From assembly GCA_964575745.1 (NCBI GenBank), contig CAZNRO010000006.1, positions 1 through 33,047 of the forward strand: 33,047 nt of DNA, given 5' to 3'. The notes under the pieces were generated by a model, which saw nothing but the letters and a program-made list of their open reading frames with translations, made no database searches and had not been told where the DNA came from. This document shows, in pieces, positions 16,931 through 23,928 of the stretch (position 1 is its first letter; every line of letters starts with the position of its first letter). Source of the stretch: an uncultured Caldisericota bacterium (lineage in GTDB: Bacteria > Caldisericota > Caldisericia > B22-G15). Position numbers and translations under genes: made by a program.

Positions 16931-17897
16931 CGTGAATATTAGGCAGGTAGAGAGGGTAGGGAATCTGCTTAAAAAGATGAAGATAAAATTTAAAGTTTTA
17001 CCAGGGATAGATAGGGCAAAAACCAAAAAAGAGGCAAGAGAAAGACTTACCCTGTTGTTTTATGTGGATGCTATATGTCACCAAACCCAGAATTTCTCAG
17101 GGGTTATTGATGGTGAATTCAAAAGGGGATGGGATTTCCTTCTCTCTTCATTCTTAAAAGAATTAAAGAAAGATAAAGAATTCTTAAGTCTAAAAAGAAT
17201 GTTAAAGATTACTGGGGGAGACCTAAAGAGAATTTTCATGGGCTCTGGTGATAGATACTATGAAAGGGCGTATCTACTTAGAAATGCAGCAAGGATTTTA
17301 AAGAGAGATTTTTCCTCTGATGTAATGAAAATAAATGAGATTTCAGAAGGGTTTATAAAAAGAGAAGATGGACTCGGAATGATTGATTTATTTCACAGAT
17401 TTAAAGCCTACTCTGATCCCTTATCAAAAAAGACATTTCTATTTTTAAACATTGCAAAGAAGGTTGGTTTCTGGGAGATAAAGGACGAGGAGAATCTATG
17501 GACTCCTGTTGATTATCATCTTGAGAGAGTCTCTTTAAGAATTGGTCTTGTTGATGTGGAAAACCCACTAAAGAAAAAGCTTCTTGAGGGAAAAAGGGTA
17601 TTTCTCACAGAGGATTTAAGGTTGAGGAAGATGGTTGGAGATGCTGTAAAAAGGATTTCAGAAATTTCAGGTATTCCTATAGAGAAACTTGATCAGCTCT
17701 TCTGGTCTCTTGGAAGAAGTCTGTGTTTGAAAAGTGGAGCAGAGTGCGAAGGAACTGACGATGGAAACTGCACTTTTACTCTTATAACAGGTATTCCGTG
17801 TGATAAAAGGTGCATATTTAGTGAAGTGTGTTTGGCTTACAGGGATAAGGAAAGAAGAAGATTCAAAGAGTCAAATGTTTTTACTATATACTATTAA
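16923..17897 (+). CDS. HhH-glycosylase-fold protein, most similar by motif to Qng1/DUF2419 (queuosine salvage), with a C-terminal six-Cys cluster
   Basis: 324 aa. GTG start 6 nt after an AGGAGG SD, overlapping the pfkB stop by 8 nt. Motifs KKTFLFLNIAKKVGFW...PVDYHLERVSLRIGLV, LDQLFW and the terminal NVFTIYY recall Qng1 (KRAQILVADxW...ADYRxPQVL...IYY). Carries the insertion C-x6-C-x7-C-x9-C-x3-C-x5-C. The family assignment is from memory, not a search. Confidence 0.55.
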   Translation: MISVNIRQVERVGNLLKKMKIKFKVLPGIDRAKTKKEARERLTLLFYVDAICHQTQNFSGVIDGEFKRGWDFLLSSFLKELKKDKEFLSLKRMLKITGGDLKRIFMGSGDRYYERAYLLRNAARILKRDFSSDVMKINEISEGFIKREDGLGMIDLFHRFKAYSDPLSKKTFLFLNIAKKVGFWEIKDEENLWTPVDYHLERVSLRIGLVDVENPLKKKLLEGKRVFLTEDLRLRKMVGDAVKRISEISGIPIEKLDQLFWSLGRSLCLKSGAECEGTDDGNCTFTLITGIPCDKRCIFSEVCLAYRDKERRRFKESNVFTIYY

Positions 17898-17900
17898 AGA

Positions 17901-18467
17901 ATGAATCCATTAACTCTTTTTATAATTGCAGTTAGTTTATCAATGGATTCCATGGCTTCCTCCATAGGCATGACAGCATGTCTCAAGGAGAGACTTTTTA
18001 AGGATATTATAAAGATCTCCCTCTCCCTATCAATAACCCAATCTTTAATGGCTGTCCTGGGCTGGATTCTTGGAGATAATCTCTATGAGATTATAAAACC
18101 AATAGACCACTGGGTTGCCTTATCCCTCCTCCTCTTTGTTGGTTTGAGGATGATCTATGAGGGGATAAAGGATGGTGAGATAAAGATAAAACACTTCAGT
18201 AAGAGTCTTATCTTTTTAGTTCTTATCTCCATTGCTACAAGCATTGACGCCTTTGCTGTTGGATTCTCTCTCTCCATAGTAGGAATTTCCATTATATTTC
18301 CTGCTATTGTAATATTTCTTGTGACACTCTTTATAACTTTTACCTCAGGCTCAATATCTTCAAGTTTTCTTAAAAAGTTTGAAAAGGTTTCCATAATACT
18401 CGGGGGAAGCGTACTCATATTGATAGGTTTCACCATATTCATTGAGCACACAATAAAGAATATTTAA
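17901..18467 (+). CDS. mntP: Manganese efflux pump MntP (DUF204 family)
   Basis: 188 aa with six TM segments. Duplicated SxD motif regions (AVSLSMDSMASSIG and SIATSIDAFAVGFS). Confidence 0.9.
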   Translation: MNPLTLFIIAVSLSMDSMASSIGMTACLKERLFKDIIKISLSLSITQSLMAVLGWILGDNLYEIIKPIDHWVALSLLLFVGLRMIYEGIKDGEIKIKHFSKSLIFLVLISIATSIDAFAVGFSLSIVGISIIFPAIVIFLVTLFITFTSGSISSSFLKKFEKVSIILGGSVLILIGFTIFIEHTIKNI

Positions 18468-18640
18468 CCTTCCTCTATGAATTTCTCTACTGCCTTTTCA
18501 AATAGTTCAGAGAGTTTCATGTCGTGTTGAACAGCATAGATTTTCGCTCTTTTTATAAGCTCTTTATTTACATAGAGAGTGAGGGCTTTCTTTGTGAGTT
18601 TTGCCGATTCTTTGAGTTTATCAAGGTAACTTTCTTTCAT
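18464..18640 (-). CDS. Small ribbon-helix-helix protein (ParG/omega/CopG-like), candidate centromere-binding partner of ParA
   Basis: 58 aa from ATG 18640. Basic tail, then KALTLYVNKELIKRAKIYAVQHDMKLSELFEKAVEKFIEEG, which reads as strand-helix-helix. The start lies 20 nt inside the 3' end of parA. A GAGAGG SD lies upstream. Confidence 0.7.
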   Translation of the reverse strand: MKESYLDKLKESAKLTKKALTLYVNKELIKRAKIYAVQHDMKLSELFEKAVEKFIEEG

Positions 18641-19379
18641 TCTCCAACCTCTCTTCAATTTCTTTAAAAAGATCAAGAAAAGCCTCAGAGGTTTTGTGTT
18701 TAGGATACAAATCAAAAACTGGTTTTCTGTTTGCAATGGCTTCCTTCACCCTTACAGATTCAGGTATCACGGTTTTAAAAAGCAAACTTCCATAATTTTC
18801 CTTTAATTCGTCTCTAATTTTTCTGTAGAAAATCACCCTTTCTTTTACGATGGAGCGAACTATTCCAAGAGGCTTAATTTCTTTCTTTGTGCTTTGTTTT
18901 ATCTTTTCTATGGAATCTATTAAATCTGATAATCCACTTATTGAGAACTTTGATATATCCACTGGAATTATCACAAAATCGCTTGCAAGAAACGCGTTTG
19001 TGGTAAATAAACCAAGTGATGGTGGAGTATCAATGATGGCAAAATCATAATTTCCATCTTCTGATTCAAGGAAGTCTTTGAGCCTAAAGAAGTTGGTTAA
19101 TTTAACATCAGCTTCATACTTGGATAGTGTTATATCTGAGCCTATAAGATACAAATTCTCTTTTATGTTTATAGGTTTAGGCTTTTCTCCCTCAAAGATT
19201 AATTTAATGTGGGATGTATCTAGAACTTCATCCTCTATAAGAGAAGTGGTGAAGTTTCCTTGTGGGTCTATATCCATTGACAGAACTTTATACTTTTTCC
19301 TGAGGAAATTAACTAAGTGAAAAGCAATGGTGGTTTTCCCAACTCCTCCCTTCTGGTTGGCAAGAGCTATCTTTATCAT
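18621..19379 (-). CDS. parA: ParA/Soj-family partition ATPase (small, type Ib-like, no N-terminal HTH)
   Basis: 252 aa. MIKIALANQKGGVGKTTIAFHL (deviant Walker A), DIDPQGN, and IIDTPPSLG (Walker B region). AGGAGG SD 5 nt upstream. Confidence 0.9.
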   Translation of the reverse strand: MIKIALANQKGGVGKTTIAFHLVNFLRKKYKVLSMDIDPQGNFTTSLIEDEVLDTSHIKLIFEGEKPKPINIKENLYLIGSDITLSKYEADVKLTNFFRLKDFLESEDGNYDFAIIDTPPSLGLFTTNAFLASDFVIIPVDISKFSISGLSDLIDSIEKIKQSTKKEIKPLGIVRSIVKERVIFYRKIRDELKENYGSLLFKTVIPESVRVKEAIANRKPVFDLYPKHKTSEAFLDLFKEIEERLENERKLP

Positions 19380-19390
19380 ACTGACCTCCT

Positions 19391-19478
19391 TAATTAAATA
19401 ATTAAGTAATTAAATTATAACATATTTATTTAAAAATGTTTTAAAATAATTAAGGAATCATTTAATTATTTAATTAAA
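19391..19478. repeat. Array of TAATTA-core 8-mers (TAATTAAR / TTTAATTA) whose starts fall on an 8-bp grid, spanning the parA promoter
   Basis: TAATTA cores start at 19391, 19399, 19407, 19447, 19463 and 19471, so the spacings are 8, 8, 40, 16 and 8 nt. Three tandem TAATTAAA/G units occupy 19391-19414. TAATTAAG is at 19447-19454. Two tandem inverted units TTTAATTA occupy 19461-19476. Confidence 0.6.
19414..19422 (-). promoter_or_regulatory. Putative extended -10 promoter (TGTTATAAT) for the parA-RHH operon
   Basis: On the minus strand, TGtTATAAT runs from 19422 down to 19414. The three tandem 8-mers lie between it and the AGGAGG SD. Confidence 0.45.
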
Positions 19479-21048
19479 TGGAAATGGATTTTAATTTCTT
19501 GTACCCTGACTTAAATATGAAATGGATGATGAAAATTGGAACCAAAAGGGCAAGTAAAAACAGAGGATTTCTAAAGAGAAGTGAGACTCCAAGAAGGTTT
19601 ATTCCAGAGATTAGCATGGACACGACCATGTAAACGATACTCCCTGCACTTGAAAGTATTTCTCCATAGGAAGTGGCTTCTGGTTTTATGTAAAGTGAAC
19701 CAAATCCTACAGATAGAGCGTTCAGTTCAAAGGAGTTGAGAGATGCAACGAGTGTAAATGCCAGTGTTTTAGTCATACCTACCCCTCCAAGATAATTTAC
19801 AAAAAAGTTAAGGAGTCCGCCAAGAGGAACCAAAAATATGGAGTAAAGGTAAACTTTTGAGAGCATAAAGTCTTTTAAATTTATTGGAAAGGACTTCAAC
19901 AAGAGGAATCCTTTACCTTCCTTACTTATTTGAGTGTATGGAAAACGGAGGGAGAGGGAGGATAGTATGAAGGAGATGAGAAAAAAATTGAACTGAGAAA
20001 AAATGGGTTTGAAGTATGAAAGGAGGGAGAGTTTTGAGAAATTTGTTATATAAACAAGGACAAGGGAAAGGATGAGAATTACCTCTGACCACTCAGATGG
20101 AGTTCTTATGAGTAAAAGTATCTCCTTCTTTATTATTTCTCCTTCTATCGGTTTAAAAAACCTTGAGATGAAAATGCTCTTTACGCTTTTGCCTCTTCTT
20201 ACCTCATTACCCCTGAAGAGGTTTCTCTTTAGTAGCTTTCCCGTAACTTTCAATGAGAGAAGGTAGAAGATAAGGGAGAAGAAAAGGAGCTTTACAGCTT
20301 CAATAGATATCTCTTTGGGTTTCCTTAATAGGGAATAGATGAGTAAGTCAGATATCCATGTGGATGGTAGAATTGCTATCTCTTTCATCTTTAGTTTCAA
20401 AAGATAGTTCAAAAGTATATCTTTGAAGTTTAGCCTGTAGAGGGATGTTGGTTTGAAGAAGACGAGAAGAAGGTAGAGAAGGGAGAAGAGGGTTATGAAG
20501 ACTACTATGAGAAGGTTTCTTACCTTCTCCCTTGGAGTGATTCGTAGTATTACATGCGAGATCGTTGTTGAAATTGTGGATACAAGAAGAAAGAAGAGAA
20601 ACAGGAAGAATGGAAATATGAAGATGTAGATTGGGTAGTCAAAGTAAGAGGCAAGAGATAGGATTATCGGCAGGAGGAATAGAATTGTTGTCTGGGATGA
20701 GGAGAGTGTAATCTCAAGTATGGTCTTTGAGTATATAGAGAAAGGTTTGATTGGATATGAGAACAAAAGCTCTACATCTTTTGATGAGTAAAAATACTCA
20801 ATGGATAGGAAGAGGGAGGAGAAGAGTATAAGCACCATAAACATGAGAAAGGTCAGGTTTATAACCCTTGAAAGCAGGATTTCGCCAAAAACAGGAATGG
20901 ATATAATCTTATCAAATAGATACCTTGAACCGTAAAAAATTCCTATGAAGAAGAGAATGTATATTATTGCAAGGATTATTCGTTCCTTTATCTTTAAAAG
21001 GAACTCATTCTTTTTTATCTTCGTGTAAAGGAATATTAGAGGATCCAT
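19474..21048 (-). CDS. Polytopic membrane protein, putative permease partner of the upstream ABC ATPase (ABC-2 / putative ABC-exporter type)
   Basis: About 524 aa from ATG 21048 (GAGGT SD 8 nt upstream; a TTG at 21063 is also possible). At least 10 hydrophobic segments and no recognisable soluble domain. Overlaps the ATPase gene by 44 nt. Confidence 0.8.
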   Translation of the reverse strand: MDPLIFLYTKIKKNEFLLKIKERIILAIIYILFFIGIFYGSRYLFDKIISIPVFGEILLSRVINLTFLMFMVLILFSSLFLSIEYFYSSKDVELLFSYPIKPFSIYSKTILEITLSSSQTTILFLLPIILSLASYFDYPIYIFIFPFFLFLFFLLVSTISTTISHVILRITPREKVRNLLIVVFITLFSLLYLLLVFFKPTSLYRLNFKDILLNYLLKLKMKEIAILPSTWISDLLIYSLLRKPKEISIEAVKLLFFSLIFYLLSLKVTGKLLKRNLFRGNEVRRGKSVKSIFISRFFKPIEGEIIKKEILLLIRTPSEWSEVILILSLVLVYITNFSKLSLLSYFKPIFSQFNFFLISFILSSLSLRFPYTQISKEGKGFLLLKSFPINLKDFMLSKVYLYSIFLVPLGGLLNFFVNYLGGVGMTKTLAFTLVASLNSFELNALSVGFGSLYIKPEATSYGEILSSAGSIVYMVVSMLISGINLLGVSLLFRNPLFLLALLVPIFIIHFIFKSGYKKLKSISI

Positions 21049-21745
21049 TCCTTGTGACCTCAAAGTATATATCTTCTAACTTTCTCTTCATCCTATCCCT
21101 TATAAAGGAAACGCTCTCCTCCATCACAATTTTCCCTTTGTTTATTATCCCCACTCTATCTGCTACCTCTTCAACATTAGAGAGTAGGTGTGTTGAAAGT
21201 AAAAAACACTTTCCTTTTCTCACCTCTTCTCTTATGGCTTCCCTCAGCCTCTTTATGGTTAAAGGGTCCAACCCCACGGTAGGTTCGTCAAAGAGATATA
21301 TCTTTGGAGAACGCATAAATATTGAGACGAGAATGAGTCTCTGTTTTAATCCATGTGAATAGTTCTTTATAAGAGTATCCATGTAATCTTCCATCTCAAA
21401 GTAAGAGACCCACCTCTCAATGTCGGCTTTGGCAAAAATCCTTTTTACAAATATTAAAAACTCCATTCCTGTAAGATAGGGATAGATGTATGGTTGTTCA
21501 GGAAGGAAACCAATCTTTCTCTTATAATCTATGTCATTCTCTCCTACTTCATCTCCATCCACGATAATTTTTCCAGAATCAGGGGGAATTATGCCTGTTA
21601 TTATCTTTAGAGTTGTACTTTTACCGGCACCGTTTGGTCCCAAGAGTCCGTATACCTTCCCTTCCTCAATTTCAAAATTTACTCCCCTTAAAACTTCCTT
21701 TTTGCCAAAAGATTTTTTGAGGTTCTCTACTTTAAGAAGCACCAT
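21005..21745 (-). CDS. ABC transporter ATP-binding protein (ABC-2 / NatA-like)
   Basis: 246 aa. Walker A GPNGAGKST, signature YSHGLKQRL, Walker B IYLFDEPTVGLD. There is no SD. An in-frame TGA five codons upstream leaves ATG 21745 as the only in-frame ATG/GTG/TTG upstream of the conserved N-terminus. Confidence 0.92.
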   Translation of the reverse strand: MVLLKVENLKKSFGKKEVLRGVNFEIEEGKVYGLLGPNGAGKSTTLKIITGIIPPDSGKIIVDGDEVGENDIDYKRKIGFLPEQPYIYPYLTGMEFLIFVKRIFAKADIERWVSYFEMEDYMDTLIKNYSHGLKQRLILVSIFMRSPKIYLFDEPTVGLDPLTIKRLREAIREEVRKGKCFLLSTHLLSNVEEVADRVGIINKGKIVMEESVSFIRDRMKRKLEDIYFEVTRNGSSNIPLHEDKKE

Positions 21746-21751
21746 AAATAA

Positions 21752-21760
21752 ATTATATCA
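21752..21760 (-). promoter_or_regulatory. Extended -10 promoter TGATATAAT, 6 nt upstream of the ABC ATPase ATG (predicted leaderless)
   Basis: On the minus strand, TGATATAAT runs from 21760 down to 21752, followed by TTATTT and ATG at 21745. Confidence 0.5.
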
Positions 21761-21771
21761 AGGAATAAATC

Positions 21772-21780
21772 TGATAAAAT
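21772..21780 (+). promoter_or_regulatory. Extended -10 promoter TGATAAAAT, 6 nt upstream of the M20 hydrolase ATG (predicted leaderless)
   Basis: TGATAAAAT at 21772-21780, then TCTTGT, then ATG 21787. There is no SD. Confidence 0.5.
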
Positions 21781-21786
21781 TCTTGT

Positions 21787-23103
21787 ATGGAAATAAGTGA
21801 ACTGAAAAATATGGCTTTAGAAGAGATTGACAAGAGGAAGAAAGAGATACTCTCCCTCTGTAAGAGCATATATGATGAACCAGAGGAAGGGTTTAAGGAG
21901 TTTGAGACAAAGAAGAAGATAAAGAGTTTCTTTGAAAGAGAAAACATACCATTTGAAGAAGGTTTTTCCATAACAGGGATAAAAGGGATTTTAAAAGGAA
22001 GCGGAGATATAAACATAGGGGTCTTTTCAGAGATGGATGCCCTATTTAATTCTCTGCATCCAGACAGTAAGAATGGGCTTGTTCATGCGTGTGGACATTT
22101 TGCGCAGGTTGGCTATCTTATAGGTGTTGCCATTGGAATAAATAAAATTAGGAAGCATCTTTCTGGAAACATATTTCTCTTTGGAACTCCTGCTGAAGAG
22201 TTTATAGATCTCTCGTTCAGAGAGAAACTAAAAAATGAAGGGAAGATAAGATTTTTTGGTGGAAAACAGGAGATGATAAGGGGAGGGGTTATAGACGATG
22301 TTCATATTGGCATAATGGCACATGGCGATTCATCCTACAGCGGAAGATACTTTACCATAGGATATAGGACCAACGGATTTGTATCCAAGATGATAAGGTT
22401 CAAAGGAAAACCTTCTCATGCAGGAGCAGAGCCAGAAAAGGGAATAAATGCACTTCACATGATGACTCTTTCAATAGATGCAATAAACATGCTCAGGGAA
22501 AGATTTAAGGATAAAGACCACATAAGGGTTCACTACATAAACACAAAAGGTGGAGATAGTGTCAATGTTATTCCACACGATGTTCGTATGGAGATGTATG
22601 TAAGAGGTGCAAACATTGATGCAATTCTATCTGTGGATAAACTTGTGGATAGAGCAATTTTTGGTTCTTCTTATGCATTGGGTGGAGATGTGGTTATAAG
22701 AACCATTCCAGGTTATCTACCACTCATCCAGAACGAGCATCTCTCAGGTGTTTTTAAGAGAAATGCAGAAGAACTTGGATTTAAAGTTATTGAGAGAGAT
22801 TTTAGTGGTGCATCCACAGATATGGGAGATATCTCCCACCTTATCCCTGTCATACATCCGTCCTTCTCCGGATTTTCAGGGAAATTTCACGGAGAGGATT
22901 TTAAAATGGTTGATGAGGAGATGGCATGCATTATTCCTGCTAAAGTTATAGCCGTGACATTAATTGATCTTCTCTCTCACGATGGAGGACTGGCAAGGGA
23001 AATAATAGAAAACCATAAGCCCCTACTTACAAAAGAAAAGTATCTCTCTCTTATGAAAGGATTTGAAAGAGAAACCTCTCTTGGAGAAGGAAACTTACTT
23101 TAG
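21787..23103 (+). CDS. M20-family metallo-amidohydrolase/peptidase (M20D / AbgB-PM20D2-like)
   Basis: 438 aa. VHACGHFAQ metal-binding motif and FGTPAEE. The central dimerisation-domain region is typical of M20. Confidence 0.88.
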   Translation: MEISELKNMALEEIDKRKKEILSLCKSIYDEPEEGFKEFETKKKIKSFFERENIPFEEGFSITGIKGILKGSGDINIGVFSEMDALFNSLHPDSKNGLVHACGHFAQVGYLIGVAIGINKIRKHLSGNIFLFGTPAEEFIDLSFREKLKNEGKIRFFGGKQEMIRGGVIDDVHIGIMAHGDSSYSGRYFTIGYRTNGFVSKMIRFKGKPSHAGAEPEKGINALHMMTLSIDAINMLRERFKDKDHIRVHYINTKGGDSVNVIPHDVRMEMYVRGANIDAILSVDKLVDRAIFGSSYALGGDVVIRTIPGYLPLIQNEHLSGVFKRNAEELGFKVIERDFSGASTDMGDISHLIPVIHPSFSGFSGKFHGEDFKMVDEEMACIIPAKVIAVTLIDLLSHDGGLAREIIENHKPLLTKEKYLSLMKGFERETSLGEGNLL

Positions 23104-23928
23104 AATTGATGGGTAAAACAGTTTCTTTCCTTTCTTTCTCTTTGCCTCATCCCACTGGGTGAGTATCTTAACTGCAAGGTCAGCAACCTGTATAGCCTTT
23201 TCCTCTCCAACATAGGCAAATTCATTTGTTACTCTGTTGGCTATAACTACACACACAGCACCTGCCCTCAACTTGTATATTGAGGAAAGCACGAAAAGTG
23301 TAGATGCTTCCATTTCAAAATTTGTGACGTTTGCTGCCTTCATATCATGATATATATCTTTAGCAAAGGATGGAATGTATCCATTCATTCCCGGTCTTCC
23401 CTGACCTACATAGAATGAATCTGTGGAAGCTGTGATACCAAGATGGTATTTAAAACCAAGTTCCTCTGCTGCTTGAATTAAGGCGAGAGTCACTTCATAT
23501 GAAGCAAAGGCAGGATACTCCCCTCTGACGTATTGATGAGTTGTTCCCTCAAGTCTTACTGCTGCCTGATCAATTATTATGTCTCCAAGTCCAATTCCCT
23601 CCTGAATTGCTCCTGTGGTGCCCACCCTTATAAATGTGTGTGCACCAATTCTTGCAGCTTCCTCTATTGCTATGGCAAGGGATGGACCACCAATTCCTGT
23701 GGATAGTGCTGATATGGGAACACCTTTGTATTTTCCAGTGGCAGATTTGTACTCTCTGTGAAAAGCCATTATTTTTCCTTCATCCCATGTTTTTAGAATT
23801 CTATCAACCCTTCCAGGGTCCCCTGGTGTTAGTACATATGGAGCCAAATCCCCTGGTTTTAAATCAATGTGATACTGTTTTCCCTCACCTGTCTCAGGTC
23901 TCTCTGCTGATTTAAATTTATCCTCCAT
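23095..23928 (-). CDS. udp: Uridine phosphorylase (PNP/UDP family 1 nucleoside phosphorylase)
   Basis: 277 aa and alignable by eye along its length to E. coli Udp: PGDPGRV, STGIGGPSLAIAIEE, IRVGTTGAIQ, FEMEASTLF, LRAGAV. AGGAGG SD 6 nt upstream. Confidence 0.88.
   Translation of the reverse strand: MEDKFKSAERPETGEGKQYHIDLKPGDLAPYVLTPGDPGRVDRILKTWDEGKIMAFHREYKSATGKYKGVPISALSTGIGGPSLAIAIEEAARIGAHTFIRVGTTGAIQEGIGLGDIIIDQAAVRLEGTTHQYVRGEYPAFASYEVTLALIQAAEELGFKYHLGITASTDSFYVGQGRPGMNGYIPSFAKDIYHDMKAANVTNFEMEASTLFVLSSIYKLRAGAVCVVIANRVTNEFAYVGEEKAIQVADLAVKILTQWDEAKRKKGKKLFYPSILK

Noticed and set aside
17885-17903. Two ideas: a yybP-ykoY Mn riboswitch upstream of mntP, and TATACT-N8-ATG as another leaderless promoter.
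   Set aside because: Only 3 nt separate mntP from the preceding stop, so there is no room for a riboswitch. The -10-like hexamer lacks the TG extension and lies in coding sequence, which is too weak to call.
18641-18736. The 5' extension of the small RHH ORF (track version, 90 aa).
   Set aside because: The extension lies entirely inside the parA coding sequence in another frame and is hydrophobic and unstructured-looking. ATG 18640 has a GAGAGG SD and yields a complete RHH-sized protein.
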